Source: Escherichia coli phage AZ21. From it: a DNA stretch of 64,000 bases. Below the pieces are notes generated by a model that saw only the letters and a program-made list of their open reading frames with translations, made no database searches and was not told where the DNA came from. Of this stretch, positions 55,926 to 64,000 are shown one piece after another; within the stretch, counting starts at the first letter, position 1, and every line of letters starts with the position of its first letter. The translations under genes were made by a program, and so were the position numbers. The stretch is taken from the sequence record LC788708.1. The stretch is one strand, 5' to 3'.

Positions 55926-56582
55926 TTGGAAAAGTTCTTACAATTATTAACGGTACTGCTCCAAGAAGCGAAAGATCCAGCATCGCTTCTTAAACGTCTG
56001 CTAACTATCTTAGTTGCTGTCATTATTTTCTTATTTGTTAGTAATACTAGCGAGGTGATGTCATTCTTAAAGACTTTCTCCACGTCTGCGGTTCTACAGG
56101 ATGTTCAAACTCAAAGGATAGATAACTTTCCTAATGTAGCTAGAGAAAAGAGCATGGTACTCTTTTCTCAAACGGGTGCGGATGCTGTTTTTGTAGTCAA
56201 GTATAAACCCGATGCCATTAATGATTATTCTAACATTATTGCATGGGAAAGCAATGCGCAATTAGATAGGGCTGACTTGGCCGATAAAGCAGTAAATAAA
56301 ACGTCTGAGCTATACAGACGTCACTTAGAGGGCTTTAACTACGCATCGGATTTAAGTGTAAGAGTAAATAAATATACGGGGTTAAATATACCTGCGTTTA
56401 AGAACGTTACTTTTAATTACATATACACTTGTCCATATTTCAATCTAAACAATATCTATGCTGGATATATTGGTATTGCTTGGAAAGATAATCCTGTAGA
56501 TGCAGCCGATTCTGAGAGATTTAAGGAATATTTAACAAAGCTCTGTTCTCCACAACAGAGATCTTTAGGTAGATCAATATGA
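55926..56582 (+). CDS. Putative holin (membrane protein immediately upstream of the endolysin)
   Basis: TTG start after RBS gaggagg; 218 aa with N-terminal TM helix; stop overlaps the endolysin start. Confidence 0.55.
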   Translation: MEKFLQLLTVLLQEAKDPASLLKRLLTILVAVIIFLFVSNTSEVMSFLKTFSTSAVLQDVQTQRIDNFPNVAREKSMVLFSQTGADAVFVVKYKPDAINDYSNIIAWESNAQLDRADLADKAVNKTSELYRRHLEGFNYASDLSVRVNKYTGLNIPAFKNVTFNYIYTCPYFNLNNIYAGYIGIAWKDNPVDAADSERFKEYLTKLCSPQQRSLGRSI

Positions 56583-56992
56583 GTTTTAAATTTGGTAAAA
56601 ATAGCGAAAAACAATTAGCTACCGTTAAGCCAGAGCTACAAAAAGTAGCTCGTAGAGCGTTAGAATTATCCCCATATGATTTCACAATCGTACAGGGTAT
56701 TCGTACAGTAGCACAAAGTGCCCAGAATATTGCTAATGGTACTTCATTTTTAAAAGATCCTAGTAAAAGCAAGCATATTACTGGGGATGCGCTTGATTTT
56801 GCTCCATATATTAATGGCAAAATTGATTGGAATGACTTAGAAGCATTTTGGGCGGTTAAAAAGGCTTTTGAACAAGCGGGTAAAGAACTAGGTATTAAAC
56901 TTCGTTTTGGTGCTGATTGGAATAATTCTGGAGACTATCACGATGAAATAAAACGTGGTACCTATGATGGCGGTCATGTCGAACTAGTTTAA
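56579..56992 (+). CDS. Endolysin, L-alanyl-D-glutamate peptidase (M15-like zinc peptidase)
   Basis: 137 aa; SKHITGDALD ... DGGHVE (His-Asp-His zinc triad pattern). Confidence 0.8.
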   Translation: MSFKFGKNSEKQLATVKPELQKVARRALELSPYDFTIVQGIRTVAQSAQNIANGTSFLKDPSKSKHITGDALDFAPYINGKIDWNDLEAFWAVKKAFEQAGKELGIKLRFGADWNNSGDYHDEIKRGTYDGGHVELV

Positions 56993-57003
56993 TTAATAAT
57001 TGA

Positions 57004-57026
57004 GGCGGGAATATTCCCGCCTTTTT
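57004..57026 (+). terminator. Rho-independent terminator
   Basis: ggcggga-atat-tcccgcc followed by ttttt. Confidence 0.8.
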
Positions 57027-57069
57027 AGGCAAAGGGGGCTTTAATAATTTTTGAAGATAGGAGAAAGCC

Positions 57070-57486
57070 ATGTTTGCAGAACTATTCACTATGATGCTGC
57101 TAAGTATCTGGAAAATAAGTCTAGTAGTATTCGTTTTAATGATAGTCTTTACTATCCTTGCATTAACTACCCGAAATAGCTTATTAATAAAGGTTATTCA
57201 CGGACTAGAGTATATAATTATGGGTTCATTCGGCGTTTGTAAATGCAATTGCCATAGAGATACGAAATATTGTTGGTTATGGATGGAACTAGAGAATCCT
57301 ATATCCATAGCTTTGGCTGTTTCATTCGGCATGATTCTTATGGCCCTTACTCTAGCATTAATACCTTTGATGTTAGCTGGGGGAGTTACAGCGTATTTCA
57401 CCCTTTTCTCCCCGATACTTATGTACTCAATTTACCCGATAACTATGTATCTAGTTAGGAAAAGATTTATCCATGCAGTAGATTAA
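57070..57486 (+). CDS. Hypothetical multi-pass membrane protein
   Basis: 138 aa, four hydrophobic segments. Confidence 0.5.
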   Translation: MFAELFTMMLLSIWKISLVVFVLMIVFTILALTTRNSLLIKVIHGLEYIIMGSFGVCKCNCHRDTKYCWLWMELENPISIALAVSFGMILMALTLALIPLMLAGGVTAYFTLFSPILMYSIYPITMYLVRKRFIHAVD

Positions 57487-57499
57487 GATAAAAAAGTAG

Positions 57500-57528
57500 T
57501 TGACTTTTAGCCCTACTTATTATATAAT
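57500..57528 (+). promoter_or_regulatory. Sigma70-type early promoter
   Basis: ttgact-17 nt-tataat-atatacataaattagttaagagagg. Confidence 0.7.
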
Positions 57529-57563
57529 ATATACATAAATTAGTTAAGAGAGGTATATATATT

Positions 57564-57992
57564 ATGTCTGATCGTTTCTATACTCAAATGGCGGAACATT
57601 TTCGTATACCACATTACGAGCTAAACATTGCACTCCGTGATCATGACTCTCCTGAGTACAAAAAGCTCGAAAAGAAAGCGGAAAAATCTATTGATACAAA
57701 GGTAGGTGCATCTATGTCTAAGGGCAAAAAGTTAACTCGTCTTGATCTTAATAAAATTTTAACTGAACTTTTGGGTACTGATATTGAAGGTGCTAAATTA
57801 CCGCTTCTTGTACTAGAGACTATGATTAAAAAGGTCAAAAATAAAGAATATAAGAAGGTAGAAGTCCCGGAAGGCAGATTAAAAGCTCCTTATCAGGAAG
57901 CATTAACCGAGTGTTTGGGTGTAAATCTTGATCTGAGCACCGCAACCGTAAAAACTATGAAAAACTTCTTAGAGGCCATTAATAAATTGTGA
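57564..57992 (+). CDS. Hypothetical protein
   Basis: 142-aa Lys-rich ORF. Confidence 0.5.
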   Translation: MSDRFYTQMAEHFRIPHYELNIALRDHDSPEYKKLEKKAEKSIDTKVGASMSKGKKLTRLDLNKILTELLGTDIEGAKLPLLVLETMIKKVKNKEYKKVEVPEGRLKAPYQEALTECLGVNLDLSTATVKTMKNFLEAINKL

Positions 57993-58495
57993 TTACTAGG
58001 GAAAGATTATTAGAGGTACTAGAGTATCACGAAGATGGTACTCTAACCTGGAAACCTAGACCAGAAGGTACAAGAGGTTGGAATACCAGCCTTAACAATA
58101 TGCCTGCTGGGTCTATTAATGCTGATGGCTATCTAATGCTCTCTATTGATAGAGAACGAATACTTGCGCATAGGGCAATCTTCTTTATGCACAAAGGCTA
58201 TTTACCTGATATAGTAGATCATGATGATACCAATACTCTAGATAATCGTATTGGTAACTTAAGAGAAGCTACAAAAGCTCAAAATGCTTTTAATAGGAAA
58301 TCGGCTAATAAAAATAACCTATTGGGATTAAAAAATATATCTCAAAGAGGGAAGTCTTTTAGAGTAAAAATCTCTAGGGCAGGAATCAATTATATGAAAA
58401 CGTGCAGTTCTTTGGAAGAAGCAATTGCATGGAGAGATGAAAAACTAGAAGAACTCCACGGTGAGTTTGCCAGCAAAGGAAATAAAAATGTCTAA
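57989..58495 (+). CDS. HNH homing endonuclease-like protein
   Basis: 168 aa; HRAIFFMHKGYLPDIVDHDDTNTLDNRIGNLREATKAQNAFN matches HNH_3-type motif. Confidence 0.65.
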   Translation: MITRERLLEVLEYHEDGTLTWKPRPEGTRGWNTSLNNMPAGSINADGYLMLSIDRERILAHRAIFFMHKGYLPDIVDHDDTNTLDNRIGNLREATKAQNAFNRKSANKNNLLGLKNISQRGKSFRVKISRAGINYMKTCSSLEEAIAWRDEKLEELHGEFASKGNKNV

Positions 58496-58778
58496 ATTAG
58501 TCTATCTATTAAAAGGTTCCACCTGTAACCCGTGTAAACTTTTCGAGCCAGTATTTGATAAAGTAGTCAGTGACTATAATTTGGAAATCCATAAAGAGAC
58601 TGATAATACAGAATTAATGCAGAAATTTGGTGTGCGCCAAGTTCCTGTAGTAGTTCTGGCGGATCGCTTACCTAATGGTCGAGTAGAAGCTAATCATATT
58701 CTGATTGGACGTCAGCTTCGTAAAGAAACTATGCACGAAGCTATTAAAAATTTCCTGGATGATAATCCAGAGGACTAA
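58488..58778 (+). CDS. Thioredoxin/glutaredoxin-like protein
   Basis: CNPC (CxxC) near N-terminus; 96 aa from MSKLVYLLKG with RBS aaagga. Confidence 0.55.
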   Translation: MSKLVYLLKGSTCNPCKLFEPVFDKVVSDYNLEIHKETDNTELMQKFGVRQVPVVVLADRLPNGRVEANHILIGRQLRKETMHEAIKNFLDDNPED

Positions 58779-58785
58779 TAAACAA

Positions 58786-58817
58786 AGCCTGATTTTAGCT
58801 GATCAGGCTTTTATTTT
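58786..58817 (+). terminator. Rho-independent terminator
   Basis: agcctgat-tttagc-tgatcaggct followed by tttatttt. Confidence 0.75.
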
Positions 58818-58819
58818 AC

Positions 58820-58848
58820 TTGCTTTTTGCTAAAAATTTTGGTATAAT
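58820..58848 (+). promoter_or_regulatory. Sigma70-type early promoter
   Basis: ttgctt-17 nt-tataat-acttatataaattgattggagg. Confidence 0.7.
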
Positions 58849-58875
58849 ACTTATATAAATTGATTGGAGGATTAA

Positions 58876-59121
58876 ATGTTAGCGGAACAAGCAAAACGTT
58901 TAGCTAGAATAAATAGAGCTGCACTCCTTAAGAGCAAGAAGAAAACGTATAAGTATGTTAAAAAGAGAATAGTTTCTTCTGTAGGGATTGGAAGTTCTTT
59001 TGTACAGTTTAATCGTGATGAAATTAGTTATGAAGTTATAAAAGCCCTCTATAAAGAGGGTTATACTCTCCAACTATCTAATGATTATGGCACAACTATT
59101 TTAACTGTTATTTGGGAATAA
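58876..59121 (+). CDS. Hypothetical protein
   Basis: 81-aa ORF. Confidence 0.45.
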   Translation: MLAEQAKRLARINRAALLKSKKKTYKYVKKRIVSSVGIGSSFVQFNRDEISYEVIKALYKEGYTLQLSNDYGTTILTVIWE

Positions 59122-59987
59122 TTATGAAAAAAGAATTTAATGTACATAAAACTCTAGTAGTGCCTGATGATGCCAACTTGTTTTTCGTTGGTGATATTCA
59201 TGGATGCAATGATTTGCTAGAAGATGCGTTGAAGTTAGCTGGGTATAATAGCAAAAAAGATTGCGTAGTATGTGTCGGAGACTTAATAGACCGAGGCACA
59301 CAAAACCTACAAGTTTTAGCCAAATTCCTGTATAATCCACGTTTTATCAGTGTACGTGGTAATCATGACCAATTTATGATTGTAGGAGATTGGGCTAATT
59401 GGATGTATAATGGTGGTATGTGGGCTATGAATGAACTAGATGCAGACACCATTAAAAATATTGCCGAAGATATGGCTGAAAAAATGCCAGTATTCCTAAC
59501 TGTTAGACATCGTGGTAAGAAGTTTGGTGTTGTTCATGGTGGTGTACCTTTTACGTACAAAGAATGTGGTAATGAAGTAGAAACCCCAGTATGGGATAAT
59601 CTTATTGCACAAATAGAAGCAGCTAAGGAAAACCCACATGACCATCCTGAATACCATATTGAACCATATTTATGGGATCGAGATGTAATCCAAGAAATAG
59701 GCTTCTACTTGTCCAAAAATGGTGAGGAACACCCGTATTTCCAGCGTTATGCAGGATTTAAAGAAAAATACATGGTAGAAGTGCCAGAAGTTAAAGGTGT
59801 AGATTTCGTGTTTCACGGACATACTGGAGTTCCTTACCCACTTCTTTATAAGAACCGTGTTTATCTTGATACTGGCGGTGTTTTCAACGGGCAGTTGACG
59901 GTTGCGCAAGTTAACGATGAAACTGGCAAAATCACCACATTTACCACAGATAAAAATAATAGCTGCGGTGTACAGAGGATTCTTTAA
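59112..59987 (+). CDS. Ser/Thr protein phosphatase (calcineurin-like metallophosphatase)
   Basis: FFVGDIHGC, VGDLIDRG, RGNHD motifs. Confidence 0.75.
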   Translation: MGIIMKKEFNVHKTLVVPDDANLFFVGDIHGCNDLLEDALKLAGYNSKKDCVVCVGDLIDRGTQNLQVLAKFLYNPRFISVRGNHDQFMIVGDWANWMYNGGMWAMNELDADTIKNIAEDMAEKMPVFLTVRHRGKKFGVVHGGVPFTYKECGNEVETPVWDNLIAQIEAAKENPHDHPEYHIEPYLWDRDVIQEIGFYLSKNGEEHPYFQRYAGFKEKYMVEVPEVKGVDFVFHGHTGVPYPLLYKNRVYLDTGGVFNGQLTVAQVNDETGKITTFTTDKNNSCGVQRIL

Positions 59988-60508
59988 TGAAAGTTCGCTT
60001 TTGGAGTGATCTCCACTTGGGGCATGCAAATATTACTAAATTCAGACCAATCTTCTCTACTATGGAAGAGCATGATGAATTTATTATGGATACTATTACA
60101 TCTATGAAAGATAAGCGTACAGTATTCTATATTTTAGGAGACGCATTTGTATCTAGAAATGGTTTGGAGAAGTTCGAAAAACTCTTTGGCAATGTTAGAA
60201 CTACGTTAGTTTTGGGAAACCACGACTTAGAACGAGAAGGATTATCTTTCAAAGACTTAATAGGGGTTGTAGATAATGTACAATCACTAGTTAAATATAA
60301 AAACTTCTGGCTTTCCCATGCTCCAGTGCACCCTGGGGAGCTGAGGGGTAAAAAGAACCTACATGGACATACTCACTTTGAGTTAATGGGAGACCCTCGT
60401 TATATTAACGTTTGTATCGAGTATGCAAAATCTCCAGTACGCCTGGAAGACATCATGAGTGGTAAGTACACTTCACATGATAAAACTAGCTGGATGTTAA
60501 ATGTCTGA
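59987..60508 (+). CDS. Second calcineurin-like metallophosphoesterase
   Basis: SDLHLGH, ILGDAF, LGNHD, HGHTH motifs. Confidence 0.65.
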   Translation: MKVRFWSDLHLGHANITKFRPIFSTMEEHDEFIMDTITSMKDKRTVFYILGDAFVSRNGLEKFEKLFGNVRTTLVLGNHDLEREGLSFKDLIGVVDNVQSLVKYKNFWLSHAPVHPGELRGKKNLHGHTHFELMGDPRYINVCIEYAKSPVRLEDIMSGKYTSHDKTSWMLNV

Positions 60509-60623
60509 GTATATAGCTGAGGGTATTATTAAACGAATCATACAAGCGATAGCAATACTTATAATCATTTGTATTGCTATTGGTGCGGGATTAGGCATTT
60601 TAATTAAAAGTTTTATTTGCTAA
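60501..60623 (+). CDS. Possible small hydrophobic peptide (40 aa)
   Basis: MSEYIAEGIIKRIIQAIAILIIICIAIGAGLGILIKSFIC; start overlaps the upstream stop; below the ORF-track cutoff. Confidence 0.3.
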   Translation: MSEYIAEGIIKRIIQAIAILIIICIAIGAGLGILIKSFIC

Positions 60624-60645
60624 AATGCTTAAGTTTCTGTATAAT
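60617..60645 (+). promoter_or_regulatory. Sigma70-type early promoter
   Basis: ttgcta-17 nt-tataat-tactttataaattgatgagaagg. Confidence 0.7.
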
Positions 60646-60675
60646 TACTTTATAAATTGATGAGAAGGAATCAAA

Positions 60676-61104
60676 ATGAACAAAGTTGATAAAGCTCTAG
60701 TTTTCGCAGCAGCAGATAAGTTTGAACAAGTTAAGGCAACTTTCCGAACCTTGTTCCAGTCTTACGTTCAAGATAAGTCTAATCCTATCTCTGAACGTTT
60801 GATGGTCTGGGAATGCTACGCAACTGATGCCCTATTAATGGCATATTACAGGGGTGAGGCAGACGAAGAGATCGAAGAACTTTTTACTGAAGATACTCCA
60901 CGTTATCAGGCAGTTTATTTCCAAGACCTAGCTGAGCGCATCATTCCTGATGATCTTTGGAATAAATACTACGGTGATCCTGAAGATGAAGGAATGACTC
61001 CAGAAGCCTGTATTGAGCTGATCTGCAAAGATCATCCTGAAATTGCAGAGAAATTTGAAAAAGTTTTTGCTTCTGAGTTCTCCGGCGTTGTTAACGATTG
61101 GTAA
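60676..61104 (+). CDS. Hypothetical acidic protein
   Basis: 142-aa ORF. Confidence 0.5.
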   Translation: MNKVDKALVFAAADKFEQVKATFRTLFQSYVQDKSNPISERLMVWECYATDALLMAYYRGEADEEIEELFTEDTPRYQAVYFQDLAERIIPDDLWNKYYGDPEDEGMTPEACIELICKDHPEIAEKFEKVFASEFSGVVNDW

Positions 61105-61121
61105 GTAATTAAAAAATTCAG

Positions 61122-61150
61122 TTGCTTTAAGCCTTAAAATTCTGTATAAT
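61122..61150 (+). promoter_or_regulatory. Sigma70-type early promoter
   Basis: ttgctt-17 nt-tataat-aagttcataaattaatgagagagg. Confidence 0.7.
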
Positions 61151-61182
61151 AAGTTCATAAATTAATGAGAGAGGAAATTCTA

Positions 61183-61461
61183 ATGAAAAACATGACTAAA
61201 GACTTCGACGCCTCTAACCTTACCAAGACTGAAATGGCCAATGTATTAGCAATTCTCCTCGACATGCAAGGATTTGAGGGGCAACTGATGAAAATGTCTA
61301 TTCCAGCGATGAAGAAGATGTACGATTCCCTTAACAAGAACGCTATGGCCTTTAACTTAGCAAAACAAGAGGCGCGCTTTGCTAAGGAGCATCAAGCAGT
61401 GGCAGAACGCCGAGCAGCTAGCTTTGAGCGTGAAGTTAAGCAACTGAAAGGTAAGAAATAA
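61183..61461 (+). CDS. Hypothetical protein
   Basis: 92 aa from MKNMTKDF; the upstream in-frame ATG at 61165 lies inside the conserved promoter box. Confidence 0.5.
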   Translation: MKNMTKDFDASNLTKTEMANVLAILLDMQGFEGQLMKMSIPAMKKMYDSLNKNAMAFNLAKQEARFAKEHQAVAERRAASFEREVKQLKGKK

Positions 61462-61483
61462 GGACTAAGGGAGTATATAATTA

Positions 61484-61765
61484 ATGTTAATTGAAATTCT
61501 CATTGGATTGCTAGTGCTTATGACACTAGCAGCGATTGGTGGGGTTATTGGTATTGTAAGCATACGAAAAAACATGGAGAGTATGCTTATTACTAATAGT
61601 GGACTTCACTGCCGCTTAATAGAACAAGAACAAGATATTGAACTAGCACAAAGACGCTCGGATATTCTAAAAGAAAAATTAAACAATATTGAAGCAATAG
61701 CTGGGAATACAAAACTACCTAATAAAGTAATGCGTGCTCAGATAATTACGGAGATTAAAAAATGA
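61484..61765 (+). CDS. Hypothetical membrane protein
   Basis: 93 aa; N-terminal TM helix, coiled-coil tail. Confidence 0.45.
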   Translation: MLIEILIGLLVLMTLAAIGGVIGIVSIRKNMESMLITNSGLHCRLIEQEQDIELAQRRSDILKEKLNNIEAIAGNTKLPNKVMRAQIITEIKK

Positions 61766-62007
61766 TGATGTTTATTCTAGCGTTTTATCTAATTGTGGTT
61801 GGTGTACTGGTTACTAAATATCACACATGGACGCCAAAGAATGTTGTTAAGGTAGCCTTATTTGTTATTCCAGTTCCACTTATTATCTTTTCTATGTTAC
61901 TAGTGATGTTAGTTGGTAAAGTAACAAAAACCGATATTAAACGAATTGCGGATGAATTGCAACAGTCTTGTGATATGGTAGAGGATATTCTTAAAGATGA
62001 AGCTTAA
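61762..62007 (+). CDS. Hypothetical membrane protein
   Basis: 81 aa, two TM helices. Confidence 0.45.
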   Translation: MMMFILAFYLIVVGVLVTKYHTWTPKNVVKVALFVIPVPLIIFSMLLVMLVGKVTKTDIKRIADELQQSCDMVEDILKDEA

Positions 62008-62323
62008 TTTTAATGAATTAAATACCTTACATGAGATATTACAGTTTGTGAATAACAATATTAGTATTCCGGACGATACACTAGAAGTTCTCAGGATAAT
62101 TGAGAAAAAGGTAGGAATTGAAATTGAGGACTCTTGGAAACCACTTTCTGTATTAACACCACTTAATATGAAAGTGATAGTTAAAAATATCAATACTGGT
62201 GAAGAGTGTGAAATGATTCGTAAAGAACTAGCTGATAGCTATTCACCAAAGTCTGTAGTAATGTACCATGATGATACTGCTAAGACTCTACAGACAGCTA
62301 ATTACGTATGGCGTCTCCCATGA
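61997..62323 (+). CDS. Hypothetical protein
   Basis: 108-aa ORF. Confidence 0.45.
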   Translation: MKLNFNELNTLHEILQFVNNNISIPDDTLEVLRIIEKKVGIEIEDSWKPLSVLTPLNMKVIVKNINTGEECEMIRKELADSYSPKSVVMYHDDTAKTLQTANYVWRLP

Positions 62324-62466
62324 TTGATTTAGTACCAATTACTGCTGGGCTAATAGCACTATTAGTGCTTGCAGTTTTTATTATTGTGGAGCAGGCCAAA
62401 GTAATAAGGAGACTTAAAAACAATGATAAAACGTCTTGTTTATCAGGCACCAAAGATTGTAACTGA
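62320..62466 (+). CDS. Possible small membrane peptide (48 aa)
   Basis: ATG overlaps the upstream stop (ATGA); hydrophobic core ITAGLIALLVLAVFIIV; overlaps the next ORF in another frame. Confidence 0.3.
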   Translation: MIDLVPITAGLIALLVLAVFIIVEQAKVIRRLKNNDKTSCLSGTKDCN

Positions 62467-62623
62467 GTATTTTGTATTACTGCCTCAGATTGTATTTCTA
62501 ACAGCATTATTTAATATACTTTTTCGGCATCTAGGAATAACGGAAAATATCTTCTACACTTCTGAACTACTTCCTTTTATGTACGAAGGCATCATCGTGG
62601 CAATTAACGGAGTTCGTAAATGA
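62423..62623 (+). CDS. Hypothetical membrane protein
   Basis: 66-aa ORF. Confidence 0.4.
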   Translation: MIKRLVYQAPKIVTEYFVLLPQIVFLTALFNILFRHLGITENIFYTSELLPFMYEGIIVAINGVRK

Positions 62624-63081
62624 CAGCACTACAACAACTACAGAATTACTGGTTTGATAACCAATTTAACGATCTCTTCATCCAGTTGTTTGTCGAAACG
62701 AACGGACGCTTCAACTACCGATTCTTTAATAAGTTTCACGAAACAAAATTCTCGCATACAGAAATTAATGCAGCGATCCAAGACCTAACTGGTTCTAAAG
62801 TAATTCAGTATCGTGAAGTAGACTTTACACCAGATTGTTTTGGGTTTGAATTGTTTAAGAAAGCATATAAATTTGGTAAGTTTGAGGATGCTCGTCAATG
62901 GGTTCATGATTTCTGGTACAACACTGATATTGTTCCTAGTCGTGTGCTGATTCTTAACTGGATTGCTAAACAACATCCACCTAAAGCTCAATCGTCCTTC
63001 TTACCAACTGACACAGGAAACCTTTACCATGACAGAAAAGAAAAATCCATTGCTGGAGCAGATGAAGGAATGGGAGAGTAA
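62620..63081 (+). CDS. Hypothetical protein
   Basis: 153-aa ORF. Confidence 0.5.
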   Translation: MTALQQLQNYWFDNQFNDLFIQLFVETNGRFNYRFFNKFHETKFSHTEINAAIQDLTGSKVIQYREVDFTPDCFGFELFKKAYKFGKFEDARQWVHDFWYNTDIVPSRVLILNWIAKQHPPKAQSSFLPTDTGNLYHDRKEKSIAGADEGMGE

Positions 63082-63400
63082 TATTGAATCTGGTCTGGTA
63101 GACGGAGAAGATATTGTTAACTCTATGCTAGAAGTAACAATAGATAATATAAATCCTATTTTGGCCAGTGAAACCTCAGATCTTATAGGACTTTCTAGTA
63201 CTTTCGATTCTTTGGCTAAATTAGCCTTAGATGACAAAGAGATAACCAAAGAAGATCTCGCCTCAGCTATGAATATGGCTATTAACGCTTACATTGGCAA
63301 ACGTACCGATGAACTCGACAAACAAATCAAAAAGCGTGATACAACACTAAATCTTATGGAAACGGCCACTATTTTAAGAAGTGGTAAACAACTTCATTAA
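63029..63400 (+). CDS. Hypothetical acidic protein
   Basis: 123 aa from MTEKKNPLLEQ. Confidence 0.45.
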   Translation: MTEKKNPLLEQMKEWESNIESGLVDGEDIVNSMLEVTIDNINPILASETSDLIGLSSTFDSLAKLALDDKEITKEDLASAMNMAINAYIGKRTDELDKQIKKRDTTLNLMETATILRSGKQLH

Positions 63401-63413
63401 TTCTAGAGGCCGG

Positions 63414-63445
63414 GACTTGATTGTTCTGGCCTTTTGTGTTTCAAG
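63414..63445 (+). terminator. Rho-independent terminator-like hairpin
   Basis: aggccggg-loop-ctggcct followed by tttgtgttt. Confidence 0.55.
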
Positions 63446-63454
63446 GAATATAAT

Positions 63455-63652
63455 ATGAAAGCACTAGATAATTACTTAAAGGCTAAATATAGTCCTATAG
63501 AAGATCAATCTGCTGTAACTTGTGAAATAAGTCGAAATAATACAGTACGATTAGCTCAAAAAGGCGGAGGAACATCTGCTAATATTATTTGGCTATCCGA
63601 AGAACAAGCAAAAGACTTGTACCATAAACTAGACAAGTTATTTAATAAGTAG
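63455..63652 (+). CDS. Hypothetical protein
   Basis: 65 aa from MKALDNYLK. Confidence 0.45.
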   Translation: MKALDNYLKAKYSPIEDQSAVTCEISRNNTVRLAQKGGGTSANIIWLSEEQAKDLYHKLDKLFNK

Positions 63653-63653
63653 T

Positions 63654-64000
63654 ATGAGAGAAAAAGTAAATGAATTACTAATCGAGGAAGCTAACAACTT
63701 TCCAATAAATAGGTTTGTCAAATCTGATGGATCTATTAATAGAACTAAGATTAAGCAGCTACATCCCGACTTTCAACAAGAAGCACTAAACCTTATATTT
63801 ATCAAGAAAGCTGTTGCAGTTCATGGGGCTTTCTTTGGGTATGAGCGTGTAAATTACAAAACAATGCAACAGCAAGTCGAGATCTACTGTCCAGATCATG
63901 AAGGGTATTATTGGCAAACTGCTAGATCTCATTTAGAAGGGCATGGTTGTCGACTGTGTGCACACAAGGTTGTGCAGCGTGTCACGGATTATGGAACTTA
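63654..64000 (+). CDS. 3'-partial ORF with zinc-ribbon motif similar to the T5orf172-type endonuclease repeats (runs off the window end)
   Basis: Open frame from ATG 63654 to window end; EIYCPDHEGYYWQTARSHLEGHGCRLCA resembles the repeats of the 30716..31387 protein. Confidence 0.4.
   Translation, partial: MREKVNELLIEEANNFPINRFVKSDGSINRTKIKQLHPDFQQEALNLIFIKKAVAVHGAFFGYERVNYKTMQQQVEIYCPDHEGYYWQTARSHLEGHGCRLCAHKVVQRVTDYGT

Noticed and set aside
1-64000. CRISPR arrays, integrase or transposase genes
   Set aside because: No spaced direct-repeat arrays and no ORF with tyrosine/serine recombinase or DDE transposase motifs were seen; the tail-fibre repeats are coding tandem repeats, not CRISPR repeats.

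Overview
This window reads as about 64 kb of a T5-like (Demerecviridae-type) lytic coliphage genome, judged from motif-level reading of the ORF translations and gene order; no database search was possible. Three blocks are visible. (1) 1-4077, plus strand: the 3' end of the late tail-fibre operon, with a 5'-truncated fibre gene carrying tandem repeats and a second fibre gene with a C-terminal intramolecular-chaperone-like domain, ending in a bidirectional terminator. (2) 4134-31387, minus strand: the early replication/recombination module (dUTPase, flap endonuclease, SbcCD-like nuclease, SF2 helicase, family-A DNA polymerase, primase, DnaB-like helicase, split NAD-dependent ligase, a large origin-binding-helicase-like protein, HAD phosphatase, Sir2-like protein, anaerobic RNR NrdD, and a T5orf172-type endonuclease-like gene). 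(3) 31706-64000, plus strand: early nucleotide-metabolism and accessory genes (PhoH, NrdA, NrdB, DHFR, thymidylate synthase, RNase H), seven tRNA or tRNA-like genes, a GrcA-like glycyl-radical cofactor, a spanin pair, dNMP kinase, ClpP-like protease, holin and endolysin, HNH endonuclease, thioredoxin-like protein, two metallophosphatases and many small ORFs. Nearly every transcription unit is preceded by a strong sigma70-type promoter (TTGCTT, 17 bp, TATAAT) with a conserved downstream box, and many are closed by hairpin terminators. The most notable observations are a phage GrcA homologue alongside NrdD, a Sir2-like/HAD gene pair, an amber-interrupted tandem paralogue, two ORF-free structured islands (25062-25550 and 42192-42633), irregular tRNAs, and endonuclease-like insertions. 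I did not identify a single clearly novel multi-gene system; the candidates are listed as findings with checks.
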